Source of the DNA: Patescibacteria group bacterium
Lineage (GTDB): Bacteria > Patescibacteriota > JABMPQ01 > JAQVVF01
Reading direction: 5' to 3'
Assembly (NCBI GenBank): GCA_041662665.1
Contig: JBAZSC010000002.1
Span: 5,735-69,734 of the forward strand
DNA length: 64,000 nt
The notes under the pieces: model-generated
What the model saw: only the letters and a program-made list of their open reading frames with translations
Database searches by the model: none
Told to the model about the DNA's origin: nothing
Translations under genes and position numbers: made by a program
Part shown: positions 28,626 through 39,238 of the stretch, piece after piece
Numbering within the stretch: position 1 is the first letter of the stretch
Layout: every line of letters starts with the position of its first letter

Positions 28626-28766
28626 AAAATTAAATTAAATTATTATTAGAAACAGAGTATATTGTATTTTTGTATTTTTGTCAATAGTTTGTCTAAAATT
28701 CCTTTTTTATGTTACTGTAAAGACATAAATTATTTTTATTAGCAAATAATTCGCAAAAATTTGCAA

Positions 28767-29861
28767 ATGATTAGCGATGATCTTAAATATTGGAATGCTT
28801 TAAATCAAAATCTAAGAATCGGCGCCAGAAGATTCAAAAAACTCTACACCCATTTCGAAACTATGGAACAAGTTTGGTTCGCTGATTCTTTAGAATTAAG
28901 CAAAGCTGGTCTAGAAGACAAAGTTATTGATTATATTTTGGTCAAAAGGCCTACTATTTCAGTAGATTCTGAAATGGAAAAATTAGAAAAAGAGAACATC
29001 CATATTATCACTATCAAAGATAAAGCCTATCCAAAATTGCTCAAAGAAATTTATGATCCGCCTGCCCTACTTTATGTCAGAGGCGAATTAAAAGAACAAG
29101 ATGAATTTGCAATTAGCGTTGTTGGAACTAGAAAAATTTCTCAATATGGAAAACAAGTCATTCCTGATATTGTTCATGAATTAGCTAGCAATAAAATAAC
29201 AATCATTTCAGGTCTTGCATTAGGCGCTGATACTTTTGCTCATCAAGCTGCAATTGCCGCTTCTGGTCGAACAATTGCAGTTTTAGGTTCAGGCCTTGAC
29301 CACCAACATATTTATCCATATTGCAACAAATCTTTATCAGAAATTGTTTCTCAACATGGTGCAGTTATTTCTGAATATCCAATTAATACTTTGCCATTAA
29401 AACAACATTTTCCTGCTCGAAACAGAATTGTCTCTGGCATGTCTTTAGGAATCTTAGTTATTGAAGCACCTTCTGATTCTGGAGCTCTAATCACCGCAAA
29501 ATTTGGACTTGAACATAATCGAGATATTTTTGCTATTCCTGGCAGTATTTATTCTCAAAATTCAATTGGTCCGAATAATTTAATTAAACAAGGCGCAAAA
29601 TTAATCACTTGCGCTCAAGATATTTTAGATGAATTAAATTTATCTCTCGCCACATCTTATCAACAGACTAAAGAAATAGTTCCAGAAAGCAAAGAAGAAG
29701 AAATATTATTAAAAATAATAACAAAAGAACCTGTCCATATTGATAAAATTGTACAGCAATCCAAAATGCCTTCCTCTCAAGTTAGTGCAACTTTGACAAT
29801 GATGGAAATGAAGGGCAAGGTAAGAAATTTGGGTGCTATGAATTATGTATTGGCAAGATAA
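28767..29861 (+). CDS. dprA: DNA-processing protein DprA
   Basis: YPKLLKEIYDPP, VVGTR, SGLALGAD, FPARNRIVSG and SGALIT. Confidence 0.95.
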   Translation: MISDDLKYWNALNQNLRIGARRFKKLYTHFETMEQVWFADSLELSKAGLEDKVIDYILVKRPTISVDSEMEKLEKENIHIITIKDKAYPKLLKEIYDPPALLYVRGELKEQDEFAISVVGTRKISQYGKQVIPDIVHELASNKITIISGLALGADTFAHQAAIAASGRTIAVLGSGLDHQHIYPYCNKSLSEIVSQHGAVISEYPINTLPLKQHFPARNRIVSGMSLGILVIEAPSDSGALITAKFGLEHNRDIFAIPGSIYSQNSIGPNNLIKQGAKLITCAQDILDELNLSLATSYQQTKEIVPESKEEEILLKIITKEPVHIDKIVQQSKMPSSQVSATLTMMEMKGKVRNLGAMNYVLAR

Positions 29862-30037
29862 CAAAATTAATTCTCATAATAATGAGAATTATGAATAATG
29901 AATAATGAATTAAGAATCAAGATTCCCTATTCATTATTCCAATCATAATTCATGATTCGTTATTCTTAATTCTCGTTACCATTTGACAAACCTTATTAAT
30001 AAGTTAGTATAAGAATTAATAATATCTAAAATAATTT

Positions 30038-32278
30038 ATGTCAAAACTAGTCATAGTTGAGTCTCCAACAAAAGCCCGCACAATCACTCGTTTTTTGCCA
30101 AAGAAAGATTACATTATTGAATCTTCCTATGGTCATATCCGCGATCTTCCCAAAGCTGAGCTTGGAGTTGATGTTGACAATAATTTTGAACCAAAATACA
30201 TTATTCCAACTAAAGCCAAAAAACAAGTCAGCATTCTTAAAAAAGAAACTAAAAAAGCTGATAGTGTTATACTTGCAACTGATGAAGACCGCGAAGGAGA
30301 AGCAATTGCTTGGCATTTGGTAAAAGCATTAGATCTTGATCAAGACAAAGCTGATCGCATTGTTTTTCATGAAATCACTGAAAAAGCAATTTTAAATGCT
30401 TTAAAAAAGCCAAGAAAAATTAATTTAAATTTAGTCGATGCTCAACAAGCAAGACGTGTTTTAGATCGATTGGTAGGTTATAAACTATCACCTTTTTTGT
30501 GGAAAAAAATTAGACGAGGATTATCAGCTGGACGTGTTCAATCTGTTGCAGTTCGCTTAATCGTTGACAAAGAAAGAGAAAGAGAAAAATTCAAAGAACA
30601 AGAATACTGGCAAATTGAAGCTGAATTAAAGAAGAAAGATGCTAAAGAAACATTTTTAGCCAGACTAATTAAAAAAGACGAAACTGTCTTTAAAAAACTC
30701 GATATTAAAAATCAAGAACAAGCAAACAAAATTGTCGCTGATCTTAATAATGCAAAATATTTAGTTTCCGATATCGTAAAAAAAGAAATCAAAAAGTCAC
30801 CAACTCCTCCATTCACAACAAGTACTTTGCAACAAGAAGCTTCCAAAAAATTAGGCTTTTCTGCTAAACAAACAATGATGTTGGCTCAACAATTGTATGA
30901 AGGTATTAATATTGATGGCAAATCAACAGGCTTAATTACTTACATGAGAACAGATTCTGTTAATTTAGCAGAAGATGCATTAGCAGAAGCAAAAAATGTT
31001 ATTGAACAAAAATTTAGTTCAGAGTACGCTCTACCTGAACCAAGACGTTTTAAGACAAAATCAAAAGGCGCTCAAGAAGCTCACGAAGCAATCAGGCCTA
31101 CTTCTTTTGCTAGAGTTCCTGATGAAATTCAAAACAATTTAGATCCAAAACAATATAAACTTTATCGCCTCATTTGGCAAAGAGCTCTTGCATGCCAAAT
31201 GCAACAAGCAACTTTAGATTCTGTTTCTGTTGATATCAAAGCAAAAAATTATACATTTAGATCTAATGGTTCAACTGTCAAATTTGCTGGTTTCTTAAAA
31301 GTTTATGCTCAAGATGGAAAATTACCACTTAAAGAAGTAATTTTGCCAGTATTAACAAAAGAAGAAAATCTAGATTTCATAAAATTATTACCAAGCAAGC
31401 ACATGACTGAACCGCCAGCTCGTTATTCTGAAGCAACTTTAATTAAAGCACTTGAAGAACAAGGCATTGGCCGTCCATCAACTTATGCACCAACAATATC
31501 TACAATTCAACTTCGTAATTATATTGCCAAAGACGAAAATCGCAAATTCTATCCTACTGAAGTCGGTATTTTAGTCAACGATCTTCTAGTCGAACATTTT
31601 CCTCAAATCGTTGATATCAAATTTACTGCTTTAATGGAAGATAGCTTAGATAAAATTGCCGAAGGCGAAAAAAAATGGCAACCTACTATCAAGGAATTTT
31701 ATGATCCATTTGCCAAAAATTTGAAAGAAAAAGAAAAAGAAGTCAAAAAATTTGAAGAAGAAACTGGCAAAAAATGCCCAAAATGCGGAAAACCAGTAGT
31801 CATCAAATACGGACGTTTTGGCAAATTCCAAGCTTGTTCTGGTTTTCCAGAATGTAAATTTGCTGAACCAATTGAATCAGAAAAGAAAGAAAAAGAAGAA
31901 CTAGAAAAAAAATATGCTGGCGAAAAATGTGAAAAATGTGGTTCATCCATGATCGTTAAACAAGGACGCTTCGGCCAATTCCTAGCTTGCTCTAAATATC
32001 CAGAATGTAAAACAACCAAGCCAATTGAAAAAGCAACTGGAGTCAAATGTCCAAAATGCGGTAAAGGCGATATTATTGAAAAAAGATCAAAAAGAGGAAA
32101 AACTTTCTTTGCCTGTAATAAATATCCTGAATGCAAAAATGCCTATTGGAGCAAACCAACTGGCGAAAAATGTCCAAAATGCCAATCCTTATTAGTCTTT
32201 GCTACTGACAAAAAAATAAAATGTTCCAGCAAAGAATGCGATTTCACAAAAGACCAGCCAGAAAAACAAGAAAAATAA
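30038..32278 (+). CDS. topA: DNA topoisomerase I
   Basis: IVESPTKA, ATDEDREGE, SAGRVQS, ITYMRTD and C4 zinc-ribbon repeats. Confidence 0.97.
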   Translation: MSKLVIVESPTKARTITRFLPKKDYIIESSYGHIRDLPKAELGVDVDNNFEPKYIIPTKAKKQVSILKKETKKADSVILATDEDREGEAIAWHLVKALDLDQDKADRIVFHEITEKAILNALKKPRKINLNLVDAQQARRVLDRLVGYKLSPFLWKKIRRGLSAGRVQSVAVRLIVDKEREREKFKEQEYWQIEAELKKKDAKETFLARLIKKDETVFKKLDIKNQEQANKIVADLNNAKYLVSDIVKKEIKKSPTPPFTTSTLQQEASKKLGFSAKQTMMLAQQLYEGINIDGKSTGLITYMRTDSVNLAEDALAEAKNVIEQKFSSEYALPEPRRFKTKSKGAQEAHEAIRPTSFARVPDEIQNNLDPKQYKLYRLIWQRALACQMQQATLDSVSVDIKAKNYTFRSNGSTVKFAGFLKVYAQDGKLPLKEVILPVLTKEENLDFIKLLPSKHMTEPPARYSEATLIKALEEQGIGRPSTYAPTISTIQLRNYIAKDENRKFYPTEVGILVNDLLVEHFPQIVDIKFTALMEDSLDKIAEGEKKWQPTIKEFYDPFAKNLKEKEKEVKKFEEETGKKCPKCGKPVVIKYGRFGKFQACSGFPECKFAEPIESEKKEKEELEKKYAGEKCEKCGSSMIVKQGRFGQFLACSKYPECKTTKPIEKATGVKCPKCGKGDIIEKRSKRGKTFFACNKYPECKNAYWSKPTGEKCPKCQSLLVFATDKKIKCSSKECDFTKDQPEKQEK

Positions 32279-32283
32279 TTTCT

Positions 32284-32337
32284 ACCCTGCTAATAGCAGG
32301 GTTTTTTATGAATAAAAAAAATCACCTTTCAGGTGAT
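32284..32337. terminator. two convergent intrinsic terminators
   Basis: ACCCTGC/GCAGGGT plus T-tract (+) and ATCACCT/AGGTGAT plus T-tract (-). Confidence 0.7.
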
Positions 32338-32888
32338 CAACGAACTAAGTACGATTGAATTAACATTTTTTGACCAAAAACAAATTCATGTCTGATTGCC
32401 TCTATCGCTTGTTCTAAATTTTCTCCACTCTCTTCCGCCTTTTTCAACTGACTCGCTAATCTCAATAAATTTTCTCTTCTTTGCTTAAAGACCTTCACAT
32501 CGAACTTTCTTCCTAGATCAATTATCTCATTAAAAGTAACAATCATCATACCAAGCTTGTACTTTATATTCAGAATTTTATCATGAGACATCCTTTCAAA
32601 ATGCGCCTCTCGATTTCTTTCTTTCAAAAGATGATAAATAACAAATCCAAATGATGTGCAACCAATTAAAACTGGCAACAAAAGGATCTTGTATCCAAAA
32701 ATATCAGCTGTAAAAAGAAGAATTAAAGCTAGAATTAAAGCACAAAAAGTAACAATTAATGCAATCAATTTGTTCTTGTATTCAGGATCTGAAAATGATT
32801 TCTGATAAATAGTTTGTGCTTCTTCATATTCGTTATACACTCTTAACAATTCTGGATCGATTTCGATTGGCAATATTTTTTCTTCCAC
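32337..32888 (-). CDS. hypothetical protein with two TM segments
   Basis: Likely GTG start at 32888 behind AAGGAGG; two hydrophobic segments. Confidence 0.65.
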   Translation of the reverse strand: MEEKILPIEIDPELLRVYNEYEEAQTIYQKSFSDPEYKNKLIALIVTFCALILALILLFTADIFGYKILLLPVLIGCTSFGFVIYHLLKERNREAHFERMSHDKILNIKYKLGMMIVTFNEIIDLGRKFDVKVFKQRRENLLRLASQLKKAEESGENLEQAIEAIRHEFVFGQKMLIQSYLVR

Positions 32889-33049
32889 TTTCCTTCCCCT
32901 CCTTGCTGTAAAGAACAACATCAAAATTTAACATAATCTGAAATTACTGTCAATGACAATATTTCCTAATTACTAGTAACTGGTTACTAATTACTAACTA
33001 CACAATTTGACTTGATGATTATTTAATTTTATGATAATACTATCTTGCT

Positions 33050-35200
33050 ATGGATACAAAACTTTTTTTCGACAAAGCAAAAATATTATATCAAGAAAAT
33101 GAGCTTGAACAAATCAAGAAGGCTTTCACTTTTGCCAATAATTGCCATGCTGGACAATTCCGCGAAAGCAAAGAGCCTTATATTACCCACCCTCTTAAAG
33201 TGGCTCTTTTTTTAATTGACATGAATCTTGATGCAACTACAATTATTGCAGCCTTACTTCATGATACAGTTGAAGATACATCAATCAAGCTCGAAGATAT
33301 TAAGAAAGAATTTGGCAATGAAGTTGCAAAATTAGTTTCAGGCGTTACAAAATTAAAACAAGCTGTTGTTTATCAAGAAAATATTAAAAGCTATTCCGCA
33401 GAAAATATCAGACGAATGTTTTTAGCTATGGCTCAAGACATTAGAGTTGTTCTAATTAAATTAGCTGATCGCTATCACAATATGGCTACTTTAAATTATA
33501 AAGAGCCAAAAAAAAGACAAGAAAAAGCGCGAGAAACATTAGATATTTATGCTCCATTAGCCAATCGTCTTTGCATGGGCGAATTAAAAGGACAATTGGA
33601 AGATTATGCCTTTCCGATTCTGATGCCAAATGAATACAATTGGGTCAAAAGTTTAACACAAAAGAAAATTGAAGAAAGAAAAAAATATATTAGCAAAGTA
33701 ATTATTGATCTAAAAAGAAAACTTAAAAACGCAAATATTGAATACATTGATATTCATGGACGTGCAAAACACTATTATAGTCTTTACAAAAAATTATTGC
33801 GCAATAATAAAAATATCAATGAAATTTATGATATCGTTGCTTTAAGAGTTGTCGTTAAAGATGTTCCAACATGCTACACAGTTTTAGGATTTATTCATCA
33901 AAACTGGCGACCATTAATTGGCAGAATTAAAGATTATATTGCTTTACCGAAAACAAATGGTTATCAATCAATTCATACAACTGTCATCAGACCTGATGGC
34001 GAGATCATTGAAATTCAAATTAAAACATCAAAAATGCATGAAGAAGCAGAATGCGGTATTGCTGCTCATTGGCAATATGACGAAGCTGGAAAACCCAAAA
34101 ATCCTGCTAGATTGCCAGCTGAAAAAATTGCTTGGATTAAAAAATTGACTGATTGGCAAAAAGAATTGCCGATCAAAAATCGTTCTGAAAAATTTGCCGA
34201 ATCTCTTAAAATTGATATTTTTAAAGACAGAATTTTTGCTTTTACTCCAAAAGGCGATGTCTTAGATTTACCAGAAAATGCCACGCCAATTGACTTTGCC
34301 TATCAAGTTCATACCGAAATTGGTCATCGTTGTAAGGAAGTTTGGATAAATGGACATATTGCATCGCTAGATAACAAAATTAAAAATGGCGACGTTGTAA
34401 ACATCATTACTTCATCTATTGCAAAGCCAAAAAGAGATTGGCTAACTTTTGCTAAAACAAGCATTGCTCAAAGCAAAATCAAAACTTGGTTCAAACAAGT
34501 TAATAAAGACAAAAATATTGCTTATGGTAAAAAAATCCTGAACAATGAACTTGCTCAACTTGGACACAAACCAATTGAAACTGTCCCAAAAAATAAAATA
34601 ACAAAAGCACTTCAAAAATTGAATTATATTGATTTAGATGGTTTATTTACCGCGTTAGGCGAAGGCGAAATTAATTTGAATCAAGTTATTAAAGCTGTTT
34701 ATGAAGAAAAAGATATTCTAAAAAAAGATGACAAACAATTCCTTTTCTTCAAAAAAGAGCCTCAACCTCGTGCAATAATTTCCGACACAGGAGGATTTTT
34801 AACAAAAATTGCCAAATGTTGCAATCCAACGATTAATGACAAAATTAAAGCTCATATTACAAGATCTGAAGGAGCAAGTATTCACAAATATAATTGCAAA
34901 GAATTAAAAAAACCAGACCAAGGAAGAATAGTTGATGCTTGTTGGGACCAAGATCTTAAAGAAAATTATCATGCAAAGATTGAAGTCGAAAGTTTAAATC
35001 GCATTGGTATGATCAAAGATATTGCCACACTTTTATCTAATTTTGGAGTAAATATTGAAAACTTTCATTCAAAATCAAATCCAAAAAAAGACACCTTTAT
35101 TATGTGTCTTCATCTTGAAATAAAAAACCTCGATCAGTTTTTCGAGGTTTTACACGAAGTATCAAAAATTGAAGGAATAATTGACGTACGAAGGATTTAA
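33050..35200 (+). CDS. relA: bifunctional (p)ppGpp synthetase/hydrolase (long RSH)
   Basis: HD domain (LLHDTVED), KDYIALPKTNGYQSIHT, AAHWQY, TGS and ACT domains. Confidence 0.93.
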   Translation: MDTKLFFDKAKILYQENELEQIKKAFTFANNCHAGQFRESKEPYITHPLKVALFLIDMNLDATTIIAALLHDTVEDTSIKLEDIKKEFGNEVAKLVSGVTKLKQAVVYQENIKSYSAENIRRMFLAMAQDIRVVLIKLADRYHNMATLNYKEPKKRQEKARETLDIYAPLANRLCMGELKGQLEDYAFPILMPNEYNWVKSLTQKKIEERKKYISKVIIDLKRKLKNANIEYIDIHGRAKHYYSLYKKLLRNNKNINEIYDIVALRVVVKDVPTCYTVLGFIHQNWRPLIGRIKDYIALPKTNGYQSIHTTVIRPDGEIIEIQIKTSKMHEEAECGIAAHWQYDEAGKPKNPARLPAEKIAWIKKLTDWQKELPIKNRSEKFAESLKIDIFKDRIFAFTPKGDVLDLPENATPIDFAYQVHTEIGHRCKEVWINGHIASLDNKIKNGDVVNIITSSIAKPKRDWLTFAKTSIAQSKIKTWFKQVNKDKNIAYGKKILNNELAQLGHKPIETVPKNKITKALQKLNYIDLDGLFTALGEGEINLNQVIKAVYEEKDILKKDDKQFLFFKKEPQPRAIISDTGGFLTKIAKCCNPTINDKIKAHITRSEGASIHKYNCKELKKPDQGRIVDACWDQDLKENYHAKIEVESLNRIGMIKDIATLLSNFGVNIENFHSKSNPKKDTFIMCLHLEIKNLDQFFEVLHEVSKIEGIIDVRRI

Positions 35201-35244
35201 AAAATTTATCTGTGTATCTGTGTAAATTAGTTAAGTTATCTGTT

Positions 35245-36168
35245 TCAGATCTGTGGCTTTCCTGCTATAACTTCCATAATATTTCCTAACTCTTCTTCAG
35301 AAAAGAAATCAACTATAACTTTACCAGATTTACCAGTCTTCTTGATTTCTACCTTAGTTCCTAGAGATTGGGCTAAACGCTCCTCATAATCCATAATTAG
35401 AGGAGTTTTTTGACTGAATGATCTAACATGATCTTTTACTTTTACTTTTTTCGCACCACTTTCAGAAGCCCGAACACTCAAATTGTTCAACAAAATACTC
35501 TTAAATAATTTCAATTGTTCTTCCTCTGTCTTCAAACCCAAAATAGCTTTTGCATGTCCAAAACTAATTTTCTTATCAAAAATTGCTTTTTGAATTTCTT
35601 GAGGCAAAGTTAATAATCTTAAAGTATTTGTAATAAACGCTCTGCTCTTGCCAACTTTTTTAGCTACATCCTCTTGTTTTAAATTGAATTCATCAATTAA
35701 ACTGCTGTATGCCAAAGCTTCTTCCATCGGATTTAAATCTTGTCTTTGAACATTCTCTACCAAAGCCATTTCTAATTTCTGTTGCTCATTTAGTTCTCTT
35801 ACAATTACCGGAACTTGCTTTAAACCAGCCAACTTTGATGCCTGCAATCTTCTCTCACCTGCTAAAAGCTGATATTGATTATCAAAAACTTTTGTCGCAA
35901 TCAATGGCTGTAAAATTCCATGAATTTTAATTGATTCTGCCAATTCTTTTAATTGCTGTTCATCAAAATATTTTCTTGGCTGATGCGGATTTGGTTCAAT
36001 AAATTTTGTATCAACTAAAACAACAGATTCACTCAAAGCTGGTGAAAACTTTTTCAAACGTTCAACTGTTTTTACATCAGTATCTTTTTTTTGATTATCT
36101 TTAACAAATTGATTTTTCTTCAATGGAATCAATGACTCCAAACCTCGTCCTAAACTCTTATTTAACAT
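35245..36168 (-). CDS. parB: chromosome partitioning protein ParB
   Basis: LGRGLESL, PNPHQPR, AGERR, ENVQRQDL and HTH. Confidence 0.94.
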   Translation of the reverse strand: MLNKSLGRGLESLIPLKKNQFVKDNQKKDTDVKTVERLKKFSPALSESVVLVDTKFIEPNPHQPRKYFDEQQLKELAESIKIHGILQPLIATKVFDNQYQLLAGERRLQASKLAGLKQVPVIVRELNEQQKLEMALVENVQRQDLNPMEEALAYSSLIDEFNLKQEDVAKKVGKSRAFITNTLRLLTLPQEIQKAIFDKKISFGHAKAILGLKTEEEQLKLFKSILLNNLSVRASESGAKKVKVKDHVRSFSQKTPLIMDYEERLAQSLGTKVEIKKTGKSGKVIVDFFSEEELGNIMEVIAGKPQI

Positions 36169-36300
36169 AAATTTTTTATTTTAACAATTTTACTTTTTTA
36201 TCAGCTTATTAATTTTATCAATTTTATTATTTTTATCGTTTATTAATTTTACTTAGTTTTACTAATTTTATTTTCGTTTAGTCTAACCAGTCTAACTTAT

Positions 36301-37089
36301 CTAACTTCGTTCTAATGTAACTTTTGCTTCATTCAGCACTTCAACTACTTCTTTACCAAGTCCGCGATACGCTCTCGCACCCTTAGACCAAGACGCATAT
36401 TGTAATATAGATTTTCCAAAACTTGGAGCTTCAGCTAATCTTACATTTCGAGGAATTATTGAATCAAAAACTCTAAATGGAAATTTTGTCCTAACTTCAG
36501 ATACAACTTCTTCCGATAATTTAATTCTTCGATCATGCATTGTTAATAATACTCCTAATATTTCCAAATTTGGCTGTAAATTGTCTTTTATTAGTTGAAT
36601 TGTTTTTAATAACTGTCCTAAACCTTCCAATGCATAATACTCACATTGTACTGGAATTAAAACATAATTTGAAGCAACTAAACTGTTAATTGTCAATAAA
36701 CCTAAAGATGGAGGACAATCAATCAAGATAAATTCAAAAAAATCTAATTTTTCTAAAGCAGTTTTTAATCTAAATTCTCGATCACTTACATTCACTAATT
36801 CAATCGTTGCTGCAGCAAGAGCCTGACTTGCTGGCAACACAAAAAGATTTTTAACAACTGATTCCTGAATTACCTCTTTAATTTCTGCTTTTTCTGTTAA
36901 AACATCATAAATCCCTCTTGTTTTTTCATTAACTTCCAATCCCACTCCAGAGCTTGCATTACCCTGTGGATCAAAGTCAACGATTAATACCTTCTTTCCC
37001 ATTTCAGCCAAAGCAGCAGCAAAATTAATTGTTGTAGTTGTTTTTCCCGTTCCACCTTTTTGATTTACAATTGATATTATATTTGACAT
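36301..37089 (-). CDS. parA: ParA/Soj ATPase
   Basis: NQKGGTGKTT, DPQGNA, DCPPSLG and IPRNVRLAEAPS. Confidence 0.95.
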   Translation of the reverse strand: MSNIISIVNQKGGTGKTTTTINFAAALAEMGKKVLIVDFDPQGNASSGVGLEVNEKTRGIYDVLTEKAEIKEVIQESVVKNLFVLPASQALAAATIELVNVSDREFRLKTALEKLDFFEFILIDCPPSLGLLTINSLVASNYVLIPVQCEYYALEGLGQLLKTIQLIKDNLQPNLEILGVLLTMHDRRIKLSEEVVSEVRTKFPFRVFDSIIPRNVRLAEAPSFGKSILQYASWSKGARAYRGLGKEVVEVLNEAKVTLERS

Positions 37090-37176
37090 ATGTGTATATA
37101 ATCATACTATAATTATTTCAAATTGACAACAACGTAAATTCAAGATAAAATTGATTTAAAGAATTTTTATTTTTAC

Positions 37177-37258
37177 GCCGAAGTGGCGGAATGGTTTACG
37201 CGCACGACTCAAAATCGTGTGGACTCTGTCCATAAGGGTTCGACTCCCTTCTTCGGCA
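37177..37258 (+). tRNA. tRNA-Leu(CAA)
   Basis: Acceptor GCCGAAG/CTTCGGC+A, anticodon arm CACGA-CTCAAAA-TCGTG, long variable arm and GGTTCGACTCC T-arm; CCA not encoded. Confidence 0.93.
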
Positions 37259-37264
37259 TTTTAA

Positions 37265-37852
37265 ATGAATAAAAAAGTTCTAAATTCAAACAAAGAATTA
37301 CAAGCTTATATTATTGGAATAGCCTTGGGCGACGGTAATCTATCCAATCCAAATGGCAGAGCAACAAGGTTAAGGATATTCTGCGACACAAAATATCCTT
37401 TTTTAATTAAAAAAATTTCTAAATCTTTACAAAAACTATTACCATCAAATAAAGTTAGTACTAGCTATAGTAAATTTGAAAATTGTGCAACCATTAGTTG
37501 CTACTCAAATTATTGGCCAAAATTATTAGGTTGGCAAGCTAAAGAAGGCTCAAAATTTAAACAAAAAGTATTTATACCAAATTGGATAAGAGAAAACAAA
37601 CAATATACGATAAACTATATAAGAGGTCTAATTGAAACTGATGGTAGTATCTATCTAGATCGAAAATATAAAACAATGATGTTCGTTTCCAATATTTCAA
37701 ATCTAGCTAATGATTTTTTCAAGTGCGTTATATCTTTAAACTATAAGCCTCGATTCTATAAAATAAAACAAGATAATAAGGCAATATATCATATCAGATT
37801 ATGTAAAAAAATTGATGAATTCCTAAACCTTGTTAAACCAGAAAAAAGATAA
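37265..37852 (+). CDS. free-standing two-motif LAGLIDADG homing-endonuclease-like protein
   Basis: AYIIGIALGDG and NYIRGLIETDGS motifs, with IPNWI before the second motif. Confidence 0.82.
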   Translation: MNKKVLNSNKELQAYIIGIALGDGNLSNPNGRATRLRIFCDTKYPFLIKKISKSLQKLLPSNKVSTSYSKFENCATISCYSNYWPKLLGWQAKEGSKFKQKVFIPNWIRENKQYTINYIRGLIETDGSIYLDRKYKTMMFVSNISNLANDFFKCVISLNYKPRFYKIKQDNKAIYHIRLCKKIDEFLNLVKPEKR

Positions 37853-37854
37853 TC

Positions 37855-37881
37855 AAAAACGACTCACGCGAGCCGTTTTTT
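37855..37881. terminator. bidirectional terminator
   Basis: AAAAACGACTC/GAGCCGTTTTT between convergent genes. Confidence 0.65.
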
Positions 37882-37909
37882 GTTATTTAGTTATTTTGTA
37901 ATTTAAAAT

Positions 37910-39145
37910 TTATTTCATTCCCGGCATCTCAAACTTCCCACACAACTTTTTGACTTCATATTTAATCCTTTTTAACACTTTTTCATTGTTAACATTCTCG
38001 CTAACCTCTTTCATCCATTCTGCAATAATTTTCATCTCTCTTTCTTTCGTACCTAAGGTAGTTACAGCTGGCGTTCCAATTCTTATTCCAGATGGATCAA
38101 AAGGCGAACGTTTGTCATAAGGCACAGTATTAGCATTACATTCAATTCCTGCCTTAATCAAAGCAGATGACATCTGTTTGCCAGATAAATTTTTGTTAGT
38201 CATATCAATCAAAATCAAATGATTGTCAGTTCCACCTGTTACCAAATCAAAATCATAATTTAATAATTCTGTAGCCAAAGCTTGAGCATTTTTAATAATT
38301 TGTTTGGCATAATTTTTGAACTTTGAAGTACTTGCCTCTTTCAATGCTACCGCAATCGCTGCTGTTGTATTATCATGTGGTCCGCCTTGAAGGCCAGGAA
38401 ATACTGCTCTATCAATTGCTTTTGCGTGTTTTTCCTTACACATAATCATTGCTCCTCTTGGTCCTCGCAAAGATTTGTGTGTTGTCGTTGTTACAACATC
38501 AGCATAAGGAACTGGACTTTGATGAAGATTTGCTGCAACTAAGCCAGAAATATGGGCAATATCAGCCAAAAACAATGCATTAACCGAATCGGCAATTTCT
38601 TTGAATTTTTTAAAATCAATTTTTCTAGGATAAGCAGTCGCACCAGCAACAATTATCCTTGGTTTTTCTTGTTTTGCCAAGCTTAAAATTTTGTCATAAT
38701 CTAACAATTTTGTTTTTTCATCAACAGTATACTGAACTGCACTAAAAAATTTCGCAGTAGCTGACACTTTCCAACCATGCGTCAAATGTCCGCCATGTGG
38801 CAAACTCATTCCCATTATTTTTTCACCTGGTTTTAATAAAGCAAAATAGACTGCCAAATTAGCTGGAGAGCCAGAATATGGCTGAACATTAACATGATCT
38901 GCTCTGAACAACTTTTTTGCTCGGCTTATTGCTTCCTCTTCAATTTGATCAATAAACTCTTGTCCTTCATAATATCTTTTTCTAGCATAGCCTTCAGAAT
39001 ATTTATTTGTCAAAATTGAACCAGTTGCTTCTAAAACTGCTTTGGAAACATAATTTTCCGAAGGAATTAATCTAATTGATTCAGCTTGCCTTTTTTCTTC
39101 TTGCTTAATCAACTTATAAATTTTTGGATCCGTCTTTTTTAGCAT
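37910..39145 (-). CDS. glyA: serine hydroxymethyltransferase
   Basis: LIPSENY, NKYSEGY, GGHLTHG, TTTTHKSLRGPRG and FPGLQGGP. Confidence 0.97.
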   Translation of the reverse strand: MLKKTDPKIYKLIKQEEKRQAESIRLIPSENYVSKAVLEATGSILTNKYSEGYARKRYYEGQEFIDQIEEEAISRAKKLFRADHVNVQPYSGSPANLAVYFALLKPGEKIMGMSLPHGGHLTHGWKVSATAKFFSAVQYTVDEKTKLLDYDKILSLAKQEKPRIIVAGATAYPRKIDFKKFKEIADSVNALFLADIAHISGLVAANLHQSPVPYADVVTTTTHKSLRGPRGAMIMCKEKHAKAIDRAVFPGLQGGPHDNTTAAIAVALKEASTSKFKNYAKQIIKNAQALATELLNYDFDLVTGGTDNHLILIDMTNKNLSGKQMSSALIKAGIECNANTVPYDKRSPFDPSGIRIGTPAVTTLGTKEREMKIIAEWMKEVSENVNNEKVLKRIKYEVKKLCGKFEMPGMK

Positions 39146-39238
39146 AATTTTTTTCGTTAATTTCTAATATCCGAATATCTTATTTATAAACAAAATTTTA
39201 AAAAATTAACCAGAACTAAGAAAAAACGAGAAATAGAT

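Noticed and set aside
29870-29975. Periodic intergenic tracts (here and elsewhere) considered as CRISPR arrays
   Set aside because: The units are 7-11 nt with no unique spacers, and there are no cas genes in the window.
37259-37852. tRNA intron or integrative element at tRNA-Leu
   Set aside because: The tRNA is uninterrupted; I saw no integrase and no duplicated tRNA 3' end.
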